A stretch of 64,000 bases of DNA, taken from Amoebophrya sp. A120. Taxonomy: Eukaryota; Protista; Dinoflagellata. Position 1 is the stretch's first letter, and each line of letters opens with the position of its first letter. The DNA lies in contig CAJINV010000011.1 of the NCBI GenBank assembly GCA_905178155.1, positions 1,015,982-1,079,981 of the forward strand. The letters are read 5' to 3'. The position numbers and the translations under genes are program-made. Below, in pieces: positions 1-13,700 of the stretch. Under the pieces are notes generated by a model. That model made no database searches and had not been told where the DNA came from. It was given only the letters and a program-made list of their open reading frames with translations.

Positions 1-1770
1 CTCAAAAGGTCCGATTTCCCGGCTGTGACAGAGTAAATCTCGGGCGCACGAGTCCTGGCCCCGGTCAGTTCCGAAACTGGCAGCCATCAGCAAGGAGGTA
101 GGGGCTATTAAGCGTTTTGTTCCTGGTGACAAAAAATGCACAAGTAGATACTGAGTTTGTTTTAAGTACTCGTTCCTTCGCTGCGGCAGCATGCCTGATG
201 GTCGTGATCAGACACTAGAACTCCTCTTCCTTCATTTTTAACCAGGTGTGCCTTCCCCCGTTCCCTGCGTAAGCCGCTGTACGATTCGGGATCCGTGGAA
301 GCCTCCGTCGGCCCGGGCAGTTACACCATCGATTCGGTCCTGCGAAAAACCAGCCACGGGTTCGGGAAACCCTCGGTGTCAGCAAGATTGAGTTGGAAAA
401 AGAACTCGATCACGATGTCGAATTGGTGCCGACTCGGGATGGCGTACCGGGAAAGATCGTAGGGATAATATACAGTTTTTCGCTTGGTAGCATTCGCAGC
501 ATGACTTGACCCAAAATTAAACGACGTCAAAAACCAATAGATTAGTAGCCCACAAATTTTCATTTTGTCATTGCCAAACGAAACTTTGTCATTTCAGTTT
601 ACTGCCAAATTAACGCAAATCACGAAGAACATCAGCATACTGTAAGATTTACTACTATAAGGTCAACAGAATAGAAACTTGCAGATTTTGATCAGAATAA
701 ATCCGTCTGACAAGTTGTAGAGTTTAGACAGGAGTAGTTGTTTCAAATGCTAATGCACCTTGTAACTGTATCCGAAAATTGTCCGACAATGAACATTGTA
801 ATATTTGTCGATTTAGACTGTATGATCACGACTCATTTCGTCCTCTAACGTACATCATCTTGAGAACCAAAAATTGCATGAAAGGAAGAGACACATCATA
901 TGCATGATGAAATTAAGACAGAAACAAAAAACTTGTATCCACCTGGTCATCGTCATGGCGACAAGAAATTGAAATAAGTAAGTCTACAAAGGAAACGCAC
1001 GTGCTGGTGCAGCTCCGTCGCTCGTCTCATCGTTGTCTCGTGTGTTGGTTAGTTTGGTTTTTTGTTGAAGGCGAAGATCATTCTGATCCTACTGCTGCTT
1101 TCTTTCGAGGAGGTTCGTAGTTTTGCATCGGTCCATTTCCCACTTCCTTGCTTCGTTTGCTTTTCGTGTGGAAGTTTTTTTTAGCTCAATTAAGTTTATC
1201 ACAAGCAGGATCAGACGCTCTCGTTCAACGATCCTCACGTTTAAACGGTTCCGGTTCCCATGTGCCAATGACAATCACTTACATGATGATGATCTCAGCT
1301 TCTCGAAAAATAAGACGCTGTACAACTCGTAATACTAATATTGATTCGTGATCGTGACTACAGGTGAGGTCGTGTCTGTTTCTTCGTATGCTTTTCGTGA
1401 CGAGAGGTTTTTTCTTCTGATCAATCTTTCTTGGAACGAGGTTGCTATTGTTTCATTTTGCTCAGCCATGAATTTCCGTTTGGTTTCGTTTGTGTAACAA
1501 ACAAAAAGACTCCCATGTCATCACTAGAAGAATTGTTTCAGCTGCTCCCGTCGTTTCGCCGAAAAGCAAAGAGGAGCGACAGCATCTACTTCCCGCCAGG
1601 AAGCGGAACGAGCAGGGCCGTTTTTGCTTCAAGCCGTGGAAGAAGCAGGACTAGCCACGTTTGAGTTTGTCAACTATACTAGGTGCCGTCCTGGTTGCCC
1701 GTTCTCAGCTTCCAGAAGAGGTTCTACGATCCATTTGGACAACCTGTAGTTCTATCGTCGAACCAACACC

Positions 1771-4700
1771 ATGGCGCGCGGCGGAGGTGGCAACAACAAC
1801 CGTGGTTCCGGCGGCTCGGACCAGACGCATGCGCCGCCGGATATGAAGAGCTTCCAGAATACCGCCATGGACCTGTTTCAACAACCCACTGGATTGGGCA
1901 GGACCGGGTCCCGCAAAGGCTCGAAGGAGAGCAAGCAGGCGGCGCGGAAGAAGCTGCAGGGCTTGCACGCAGCCCGGACGAACTACAAAAACCCGCAGAA
2001 GATCGCGCTGAGTATAGGTGGAGTGGTGTTGGCGGTTATGATCTTGGTCATTATCATGGACAAGCTGATGCCACCGAAGAACTTGGGGGGAAAAAACAAC
2101 CGAGGCAACTACAAGGACCGGGAGATGGGCGGTGGTTCTTCTGGAGGTGCGAATGGTAAATCCGGGACAACGGGACAAGGAACAGGAGGCGGAAGTGCGA
2201 ATAAGGACGGAGCCCAAGGCGGAACTTCTGGACAGCCAGGGGGTGATAAGAACGGGGCTCAGGGCGGAAAAGACGGATCAGGGACAACGGGAAGCGGGCC
2301 ATCTAAGGGCGATCAGACTTCCACTTCGAGTGGCTCTGGAGGCAGTTCTTTGGGAAGTAAGCAACAAGACAAGTCATCCGGCAGCTTCGATTCAGCCTCG
2401 AAGAAAAGCAGTGACTTCAGCGACGAAAATAAGGGACTGTCCTCCGCTGGGCAGGAAACACGCACCAGAACAGCGAAAGGGGACAATAATAGTCTTGACG
2501 ATGACCACAAGCTCTTTGACAGCGACGAGGACCTTGACGAACACGCGTCCAAAAACCGGACGAAAAAGGGCGAGAAGCTGCTCGCAGCAGACGACTCGGC
2601 GGTGACGTTACGGAAGTTGCGGATCCGGGCTGCGCGCGAGTTAGGTCCTTCTCGGAGGCAATTGTCAAAATTGAAAAATCTGTTGAAGGAGAAACTGACC
2701 ACGGAGAAACAGTGGGCGAACTTAGCAAAAGCGTGGATAAAGGGCGACTTTCTGGAGGACGATGCTGTTGTGGATCCGGTTTTTCGGATGCATTATGGGG
2801 ACAGCAATAGGAAATATGGTAGAATTGTGGAACAAGATCAACATCAAACTACTAGTGCAGATCAACACGAACCACGTCCTTACGTTTACAACGTGAGCAA
2901 AAACCACACGAGATTGATCCTGGCGATGGGTGGACAAATGTCGGAGCGGCGGTACTTGCACGATAAGTCGATGTTCACGCATAATTCCATCCAGCACTTT
3001 GGTGCGGTGATGGCGTTTTCCGAGTATTCGTGGCGGGAAAGGTTGCAGATTGACGAGGCGGAGGACGATGGCGCGAACCGAACCTTTTTGCAGTCCGCAG
3101 CAACATTGCAAACAAATTTTGATATTAGCACAAAAAAATCCAGTACTGCCACTTCTGTGGAATTCGACGCGGACGGAAACCGCCACGAAGTTGTACCGGA
3201 ACAAATCGAAGATACTGCGAGAACAGCATCAACATCAAAAAAAGAACAAGAAGAACAGCAAACGCAAACGAAAGTCTTCCAAGAAGTCGTGCGACTTTTC
3301 TCGACCGACCCAACAAAAACCGACGTGAAGCCGCTCGCGCTGGTCACAGTCCGGGGGAGGAAGCAAATCCGCCCTGACCCGCGGTTTTTCAGCGAAAATT
3401 TGCTGTACAACCGGGAAAAGCTGAAAAGCTGGCACACTGTCGAATTGGCGAGCCTGTTCACGAAGCGGATTCTCTCGCTCTTTGGGTGGAAATCGGAATT
3501 AGAGAAGGAAACTTTTTTCCACGAGGTCAACCGCCGAGCAGTGGATTTGATGGTGGAAAAAACCGGGGAAGCTGCCTGGAAAGCCGACGTACCCAGTGAC
3601 GAACAATTGGACATGCGGACGCTCAAGATGCGAATGAAGTATTTGTGTTAATATTACTTGCGATAGTACATAAAGGAATTCGAATTGCGGGCACTAGTCC
3701 TATTGACTATCAGATTTGATGTGATATAAAATTTTCAACGGTGAAGTTATTCAATATGATATCACTTCAGGTACACGAAGCAGATCTCTAGTCCCCGCGC
3801 CGATCTCCTCTTTGCTCTCCAAGCCGCTTCCTCCCGCGAACGGCGTTTTCTCCATTGGGCAACGAAAATCAACGGCACCTGGGATTTATGCACTGCAAAA
3901 GCATTGCACTTCTAGTTCTAGTACAAATTGCATGACAAATATATTTGAAGAAGACAAGCGCAATTTGTCATGCTGCATAAGGTAGAAACTTAGATTTGTC
4001 ATGCGTGGCTGCAGTTTATACGAGACGAGCGCGATACTTCTGCACAGCATAGGATTTTCTCCCAACTGACGATCCGAACGATGAGGTTTTATCAAGTGTA
4101 AAAATGTCTGGGTCTGGAAGGATGCGAACTCGTGATGCGTGTTGCGGATCATACAAAAATCTGTGTTGCATGACTTGCAAAAGGTCCCCATTTCTGGCCA
4201 TGCTGAGAGGGCATTTCTCATGCAGTATAGGCATCACCAAGGGGCTGCAGAACCTGTGATGCTAGGCCCTGCATTCCAGACTTGCTGGAACTTGGAAAAG
4301 CTGCATGACAAATCTCGGAATCTTCCAGACCCAGACACTTTTACATTGGATAGTTCCTGGACTACCGCAACGCACACGACCTCTTCCGGCAGCTGGTGCC
4401 AGACATCTGGCAACACGACACCCAAGTGCCGGAGAAAAGTCGGTCCACCGTGGGTTTGGGGTTGTCGGATAACCGTCCGATGCCCCAGAAGTGGCAATCC
4501 GCGGGGTTCACCAGCCCGTTCATGCAGCCGCACAACCTGCCCGGGATGTTTCCGTTCTTGACCCAGGGAACCTATGTGCAATCCTTCCCGACGAACGCGA
4601 AAGAAGCGTCGAAGTTGAAAGATGAGGGCATGCCCGCAGTACCGGCTGCTGCAAAGAGTTCTAATACAACTTCTGGAACAAATAAAGCAGACTCAGCACC

Positions 4701-7700
4701 TCCTGCTTCGAAGGATAAAGACAGCACAACAACGTCCACCGGTGGTAGCGCCTCCACTTCTGCCAAGGACGAGGCAGCCGGTTCAACAGATACCAGCTCG
4801 AAAACTATGGAGAACGACGTGCAACTTGGCAGTACCAACAGCACCACTGGCACGGCGACAGAGACCAGCACGATAGGAACTTCTGGCAGCGCCGATCATT
4901 CGAATGCTGTAGCGCCGGCTAGTTCTTCTTCTTCACAAGAGACGGCACCTACAGGAACTGATAGCGGAACATCAACAGATTCGGTTGCTACTACGACTAC
5001 CACCACGACGACCACGGCTCCTCCGAAAACCCGTGCGGAAAAGGTTCAAGAAGAGAAGGCCAAGCTGGCGAGCGTGAAGGAGAAGTTTAAAACCCACCCG
5101 GACCCGTACAGCGAGGCCCACGCGAGCGACTGGCGGTGGAGCTTCATGCGTTTTTTCTTGATGTATTACTACCCGACGCACTTGATGCACAAGTGGAACC
5201 TGCAGAAACAGGCGAACTTTTGCGGAAACTTGTTTTCGTTCTACACGATGATCTGGGACAGATCGATGGACGAAGCGGTCTTGAAGATCCTCTTCGACGA
5301 AGCAACGGCCAACGCGCCGCCGCCGACGGGCTTGCTTTGGTATTTGGAAGAAAAGGAACGGGACGGCTGTTTACCGGCGCAGGTCGAGCAAATGGCGATT
5401 TTGAAGAAGGAGAAAATCGAGGAAATGGAATCGAAAGATTTGCGGAAAAGAACGTTCAAAACGTTCAGAACTTTTGAAAAATTGCGTGAAAAGTTCAGAG
5501 AAAAAGAGAAAGAGAAGAAAAACAAACAGGAAGTAAAACTGAATTTGAAGTCCTGCGGGCTAAAATCCTACGCGGAACGGAAACTACACGGGGAGACGAA
5601 AAGCTGGCAGCCGGAACGGAAGCCGACGAGGGTGAGGAACTTGAGAAGGTGTAGAACCAAGAAAGGAACGAACGTGTTTCACGATTTTTCTCCATCCTCG
5701 AATAATGATCCTAGAAGTAACAAGCACGACAAGGACAACAAACACAGCTCCCAACATCATGTGTGGAAAAAGCATGTTTTATCTAGCCGAGACAATTGGG
5801 ACGCGGTGATTACGAACCTGTGGACGAAGTGCGAGCGGGTGTTGGGGAACCTGCACGAATCTTGGAGGAACCGCGTGAGTTCCGCTTTAGCGGATCACGT
5901 GGAACTGGTGCCTTTGATTCCCACTTCCGCGGCGTTGCATATGGATTGCAAATATGTCTGAGTCTGGAGAAGTGGAACTGGTGATGCGTGTCTTCCATGC
6001 GTGGAAAATCTGTGTTGCATGAACAGCAAAAGTAGAGCAGCTTCCTTTGTCATGCAGAAACGCAATTTGTAATGTGTGCTAGGCATCAAAAGGCGTCGCA
6101 AAAACTTGTCATGCTTGGCTGCCGTTGCAAGAGGAAGCGCTTCAATCATGCGCAATTCAGCATCATAGGTTTGCAGACCCAGAAATACTTATTTGCAATG
6201 CATATTGCAGCAGTCCGAGCAATTGATGTCCTTGCGATTGTGGCTCTCCACCCGGGCGCAAATACCCGAATTGCTATCCTGTGCAAAAGTATCGCACTCG
6301 TACTAGTTCTTCCAGCTATGCATGACAAATCTTCTTCTGAAGGTACAACGGCATGACAAATTCCATTTTTCATGCGGAGCAAATTTGTATATGCATAACT
6401 GCTCCTTAGTCTTAGTGCGATAATTTTGTAATGCATAACTGCCAATGGAGCATTACACGCCAGCCGCGGTGCTGGTTGCCGGCGGGTCCGCAAGCTGGGC
6501 GGAAGAGGGAACGAGCATTGACGATGAAGTAGAAGTTCTTGCAGCAGAAGATCTTCAGGCGGATGAAGATGCTCTGGGTCCTCGTGGTGGCACAAATCGA
6601 AATATTAACCGAAGTAGCACGAAGATGAACAAGAGAACTGCACCAAAGAAGACTAAGAATAAGAAAACTCCATCTTCAACATCCCAGATCCGCTTAGATT
6701 ACCGCAAGCAGCGGCTGTTTGAGGACCTCGTTCTCCGAACAGGTGGCGACTTCCGCTTGAATTTTTTTCACAGCATTCCGGTCCAGGAGGGGATTGAGGC
6801 CGACTCGCAGTTGTTCCGGAGAAGCTTTTTCCCCTACACCATGGACTGGTCGCAAATCGGCCCGCCCTACACGATCGCGCGGGACGGCACCATTGTGCCC
6901 GCCTCGGGCTTGAATTTAGTCCATGGGGAGCGCTACCGGCTGACGACAAGCGGGTCCCGGGTGTCGGACATTTCCTCCGTCTCGACCACTGTTGGGTTAA
7001 GAGGGTATGGGGACATCGAGGATTTGCGGCAAAACGTGGTGCAAAGAGATAAAATCTTCGTCTTCGACGAGTACGCCGACCATTGGCGGAGAATCTTGGC
7101 CTCGATCGAGCAAATGTCGCCGGTCTCGAGGGATCGCTTGTATTTGAAGGAGGACGGGTTGGGGAAGCCGCTCAGTGAGAAGGAAAAAAAGCAAAAAGAG
7201 AAGGAGGACAAGGAAGACTTGGCTATGCGGAAGAAATCGCCGGGGTACCAACTGGCGCAAATGTCCAAAGAGGAACGGGCGGACTTCGGGGTGAAAATGC
7301 GCGCTCTGTCCGAGGACAAGAAGGCGATGGAACTGATAGAAAATTTCCAATTTGCCAGGCAGCAGTCCGCCGAGGAATTGCAGAAGACGGTGATACAGCT
7401 CGCGGAATCCATCGATTCCCACAACGAGAAATTGATTGGCGAGGACTTCGTGAACTTTTTAGACCAGAAGATCGAGCTGAAAGACGGGAAGCTGTTGCAC
7501 GTCACGCAAGAAGAGAAAGACTTCATCGTCAAGGAGTTCCTCGCGGAGATGATGCTGCTCAAGCGGGAACGGAACATGCTCCGAAACTCGATAGATCGGC
7601 CTGGAATGTGGACGGAAGACGGGCAGAAATTCATGGATGAGCTGAAGGGCAAATTTGCGGATCGGGACCGCTCCGACGACCGGGCTCTGGAAAAGTTCAT

Positions 7701-10700
7701 GGAGGTGTGTCCGCACAAGGATTTCCGGCCCTTTTTCGCGTTTCCGAAAGAGTCGAAAATGTTACAAGCGGAGTTTCAGAAATACGACGACAACGTGCGC
7801 AGGAAAACCTCGTGGGGAACATCAGATTTATATCCCACGAAAATAACCCATCCCCATCGTAATTGCTATTTTTTTTGCAAAAAACGCTAAAAAAAATTGA
7901 AAAAAAAACAAAAAAATTGCTACCCATGCGGAAGGGCTTCGTGGTGTTAGCTAGCACGTGACGACTATGACAGAAGCAGCCTGAGACGATTCATCTAGAA
8001 GTGTTTGCTTTGAATTAGCTAGCTCAAGGCATCCCCGGCGAAGCCGCGACAACAAAGCCACCGAAAGATGGGCGTCAGACAGGGAGACAGCGCCGGCTAC
8101 GGATACGCTTTAGGGCCGTCAGGGCCGTTGGTTTGCTTGCTTTTTCCCACATCACCGTCGCCATGTCTGCTTGCCACCACATCGCGACCATAGATGAAAG
8201 CCCGTGACCTGTTTTGTCCGTCGTTTTGGCCTCAATAGGTCGGCGAAAATTACCCATCCGGACAAATTTTTGCGACTTTTGAGCTTTTCGGATTTTTTCC
8301 GCAAATATCTGTTCAAAAAACCGGAAAAAATCAGATTTTTCTTTTTTTTGGCAAATTTCTTCAAAATTCCGAAAATGCAGAAAAATCTATCACGATGGGT
8401 TATTTTCGCCGACCTGTATAGGCAAAAAAGCCTACTTTTTTCGAAAAGTGGTCCGATTTTGATTTATCTGGATGGGTTATTTTCACCCGACCTGAGTCGG
8501 GCAAAAAGTTGCTCTTTTTTTGCTTCAAAGCCGGCTTTTTTGGGAAAAAAAAACTTGGGTTTTCGGGGTATACGGGTCGGCGAAAATAACCCATCCAGAT
8601 GATTTGCAAAGTTTCGCTATTTTACAAAACCCCAAAAAAGGCGAGCAAAAAGCGCGCGCCTGCCCCGACCTGAGTCCGTTGATTTGGCGATTTTTTTTCT
8701 TTCAAAAAAGTAAACACTCTGAGCGACATTTTAGCCGGACTCAGGTCGGGGCAGGCGCGAGCTTTTTGCTCGCCTTTTTTGGGTTTTTGAAAAGTCACGA
8801 AATTTTGCAAATCATCTGGATGGGTTATTTTCGACGACAACGTGCGCAGGAAAACCTCGTGGGGAACATCAGATTTACCGAGTCCGTGGCCGGAGCATGC
8901 GTTGGACGAAAAGTATGCGTCCAGAATGCAGAAGCGCGGGATGCTGAAAGGAGGGGAGGACGGGAATGTTCGAGTTTTCTATCGGGTTATCAAATTTTTG
9001 ATGCAGCGGTACGATCTCAAGCATATGACATACGATTACGGGTATGATCAGGACATTGCGGAGGGGAAAGCAGCATCATCATCATCATCATCCGAAGCAG
9101 GGCAACTGATACTGAACAACACGACTGCAGGAGATGCTGCTACTACCGCCGCGGACAGCAGCGCGCCGGAGCATTCCAAAGGTAAAAGCTTGTGGGGTTG
9201 GGCAGCAGCTTCTGCACCAGGAACAGACCCAGAAGGAGCACATGCCGCAACCGGTGCTCTTGCGGACCACGAAGTCGAGGATAGCGACACCAGTACCACG
9301 AATAAACTGGCGGAACCGAGGCTAAGGGACCAAGTTGCCTTCGACAGGGAAAAGTGGAAAAACGGCCCCAAAGCCCCCTCTGGCGCTGCCCCCGTGCGAG
9401 AAAGTGGGTTAGATCCCTCGGAAAGGGTGCTGGCCTTGGCGATGGACAATCTTTACGTGTCCGACCGCGGTAAGATGGAGCACATCACCCGGGAAATTGT
9501 CCACTTCGCCACGGCTCCGGAGTACGAAAAGTGGCCACAGGCGGCGTTCGTCCGGGATGAGTACCGGCGGAAAAGGCAGAACGTTTTCAAATTCAAGCCG
9601 ACCCCGGATTTTCCGATTTTCAGCACGGAAACGCAGAAAGACCTCCTGGCCCGCTTTGCGGACAAGCGGCAAGAAAGGCTGCACAAGAAGCACCTTCAGC
9701 CCGTTCCTGACGGGGGGAGCACTCCGATGAACTTCAACCTAGACGGGCCAATTGTAACTTCAGACGGGTCCTCCTCCGCGGGGCTATCGACGTCCTCCCC
9801 CATGTACGCGAGCTTATTACTGTCCGCGATTATTGAAGAGCGGGAAAAAATTGTGGAAAAAATGCCGTACATTGAGCGAGCAAGGTTGAACTACGAGAAC
9901 AGTAGAATTAGCCATAACTACCAGAAAGTGAATTCCCAAACGAAGAACAGTCAGGACGACCTGGAATTCGCGCAGGACGGGCAACTACAGTGGCTGTACG
10001 CGATGAAAACCGACAAATCCTGGCAGGCGCAGGTTTCTCTTGCAATCGCGAAGTCCGGAATCGGAAACAAAAACAGGTTTGACCACACGGTGTCCACGAA
10101 ATTCCACCAGTCGAAGTTTTTCGAGAAGTATTTGCGCACGACTCTGTCGAAGTCCCGGCATCGCAAGTGGCGCAAGGATTCTTTGCTGAAAATCTGGCTG
10201 TTTCGGAAAATCCAAAAGGACCGGGACGAGCAGGAATTCGATAGGGTGGAGGGAGATGTTGATCTTCAAGCTTCTTCTACGACAGCAATAGAGGAACAAC
10301 CTGCTGCAAATGCAATTGCAGCAGCTGCGCCATCAACAATAGTACATGAACCAGAGGCAGGGAATTCTACTGACGCAGCAGGAGCTCCTGTCGCGAACAC
10401 GACCACTGAGGACGCTACTAGCGCCGAGATGGACTACGAGAAGAACGAAACAGCTGACACCTTGCCTGCAGCCCCCTCGTCAAATGTCGATGCAACAAAT
10501 GATGAGACAAATGTAGTACCGCAAGAAGAACACTCACCTGCGAGCGCACATCAGAGTAGAAGGATTCCCCGCAAGAAGAACAAGCGCCCCCCCTCCGTTT
10601 CCCGCTTTGCTGATAGAAGACAAAAGTACGAAAAGTACAAAGAGCAGCTGGAAAAAAAGCTGACCAAACTCGGCGCGGTTCGGCAGAAACGCAACCACCG

Positions 10701-13700
10701 ATGGGTGATCCGGCGCATGCGCGAGCTGCAGATGGTGCTTTTTGGCGGTGGTGAGTTCCTCGGGTTTCACAAAAGAGCATCCACGGCAGTTCTCCCCAGA
10801 TTGTGCATCAGCTTGCACGCGTTGGACGGGAGGTTTTTGTTGGACAGTGAGAAGAAGGGAAGCTTCAAAGCGCGATTCCACTTCGAGGGGCTGCTGCAGC
10901 CCGGTCGTGGGGTTTATAACAAATGTGTTGGGATTTTCAGGAAGCAGTACGCGGCTGCGGCGCGGGTAAAGAAGGAACAAGATGAAATCGTCGGGGGTCA
11001 ACAGCAGGACGAGGGTCTTCGCGGTCCTCAAACACAGCATCAAATTCATAGCCCCCCAACCCTTGCAGAGTACAACCAAAACGTAAACAAGTGGGCTGCG
11101 AGCGCGCAGTCCTGGAGCGCTGGCATCGGTGCCCAATCCTCGTCCACCAAGCAGACGTCGCAAAAAAGCCTGTACTTCAACACCCGCACGAAACAGAGCG
11201 ACTTTTTCGTGCCGAAACACCGGGTGACGAAGGATAGGTCCGCGGCTTTTATCTCTACCCAGTTGATGAAAACCTACGCGAATTACTGGGCCTACGCGGA
11301 AGTCGGTCGAAAAATGTTTGCACCGAAGATGCTGCAGCACCACAAGGAAACCGATGAGGTCGATTTGTATATACTCGGCCTCTATGAACTGCAAAAGCAT
11401 CGCACTCGTAGCAATTGCAGTCATGCATTATACAAATCTCCATCCCAGCCCACGGTACAACAGCATGACAAATGGAATTTGTCATGCTGAAGTAAAACTT
11501 GTAATGCAATTGCTACTAGTACGATGCTTTTGCAATGCATAGCCTGCGGTTAGTCCCGTACTCGTCTGTAAAGACCTACCCCGTGGGGATGGGCCGGATG
11601 TACACAATCGACGACGACCGCGACAAGGATGTGAACCTCCCGGCCAAGTCCGCGCGGGAGACAATCAGGAATAAGCAGAAACTGTCCAGAGGGGAGCCGG
11701 GCACGGGGGAGTGGAATCGGAGAATAGACCGGGACCCAGTCGGGCTTTTCGCAACGAGAGAACTCCGGGCGGCGGCGTACCCGAAGTACAACGAAGAATC
11801 CGTCGGGTTGTTCAAGCATTTGAACAACGTGACGGTTACGGCCAAGCAAGCGAGCGTCGTCGTCGCGGGGTCGCAGGCGGTGGAGCAAGAGTCGTTATTC
11901 ACCCAAGCGGATGTGTCAAACACGCAAAGGGTAGCGATCCCGGTGCTGGGTAATAAAGATGTGGTGGACATTCAATACCCGGAATTGACGAAGCAAAGAC
12001 TAAGCCCGGGGTTGTTCAAGAAACCAGTGGAGATGAAAACCATCAACCAGGAGAAGGTTTTGAGCAACGCGAAATTCGAAATCGTGGAAAATTTGAACGC
12101 ACAGCTCCACTACAACGACCACTTGTACAGCTTTTTCACGGAGGAACTGAAGCAAGCAAGCGTTGGGACGAGGTGGGAGAAAAAGACCCCGAGAGTTAGT
12201 CCGAAGGTCGTCGCGTTTTTGCAGCAGCTCGCGGTGAAAGTCGCCTACGGGGGGTCGTGGTTCTACCACCCGATGAAAGTCGCGAGTTTGTACGATATGT
12301 TCATGGATTTAACCTACGGTATTTGCCACGGGTTGCGGCACCAGAGTGTGGAACTGTATCCCGATATGGCGAATCTGTTGTCCGCGAAAAAGACGTACAA
12401 AAGATTTGTGCAGATGGCAAGTCACTACGGGTTCCGACAGAAGCAGCACGAACTGTATTCGCGGCGAGTTACTAGGGCAAGGTGGGAAGAACTACAACGA
12501 CAAAACAGGGTGAAAAACGAAACTGCGTATGCGATGAAATTCTTGGAGCAAAAAGTCGTGGCGGAACAACAAGAAGCAAGGAGAAAGGCCGAATTGACGA
12601 TGCACTCGGAGTCGGTTCCGGTAGTTGTAGAAGCGACGATAAATGATAAAACTGCACCAGTCTTCACTTCTGTGCCGACGGAGCAGGTCGGGGGTAACAG
12701 CACCACTTCTACTAGTACGATGGTACAAGAGCCGGCGGACAAATTCGCAGAAGAGAGCGGAAACAACACAAGCACTGGACGAGCTGCCTATCCCGAAGCG
12801 AATCAAACTGCAGCTGAAGATGTTTCTCGTACTACTGATGCCGACGGTGAGATCATCGTGGATAGAAAAAATGCTTCTAACAATGACACCACAACAAGTG
12901 ACAAAATCTTGTGGTGGAGTCCACCGGCTGCATCTCCGTCGAATAAAGAAGCCCGTCAAGTTGAAGATGCTCCTACCTCCCCCCCGCCCGCGCTGTTTTC
13001 CGAGGTGCATAGAACAAGTGCTGCCAAAGACCTGCGCAGCAAAAATCGGGATGTTGACAACGATCCAAATAATTCCGATCTCCCGCACAACCGAAATCGG
13101 GAAGAACCGACCCTCCTGACTAGCCGGGACGCCGAGACGGCGGTGATCAGCAAAAAATACTACACCTTCGGCCTCCACCCTGCGGACAAGAAGTTGGTGT
13201 TACTTTCCTTGGAAGTGTCCGACGACGAGGCAAAAATTCCCTACTGGGAGGTGCGCGACGACGTCGCTTTGTTCGCCCGGATGAAGGGAAAATACGCGTA
13301 CAATTGGGACTATGACAGTGCGCAACTCCCCCTCTCCCTCATTTGCATGGCATGAGCAGCAACACAAGTCAAGGCATAACTGCAGCTTTTGCATGACAAA
13401 TTCGCGACCGATTATAGTGCTGTTTCGGCTTCCGGAATCTGTCATGCAAGTTGTAGTGACAAAGGGGAAAAAGTGGATTTGGTATTCTGCATGACAAATG
13501 AGGGGAAGGGGGAGCTGTGCACTGTCATAGGGACGAAAAATATGACACGGACGACGCGATTTTTCTGCGCAATCCGCATCTGGACTTGGAAAAATTGGCA
13601 GCGACTACCACGTTCACCACGAAAGAACAGGATTTTTTGCAAGCTGCCGGGGAAAACAAGAAAAGCGCAGCAGCTTCTGCTGGTACTACCGTACAGGGCT

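Noticed and set aside
1-563. Possible minus-strand gene start (ORF 321-563 with hydrophobic N-terminus)
   Set aside because: Could not build a consistent spliced frame or recognise a domain; left uncalled.
4016-4561. Recurrent short ORFs (LPDPDIFTF, KMSGSG, FQTQT, LCKSIVLV) suggesting a repeated protein family or transposase
   Set aside because: They are translations of introner TIRs in various frames and strands, with no conserved start, stop or catalytic motif.
2886-10780. Long antisense ORFs overlapping the giant gene (e.g. 2886-3626, 6933-7718)
   Set aside because: Shadow ORFs expected opposite long GC3-rich coding frames; no independent coding signal.
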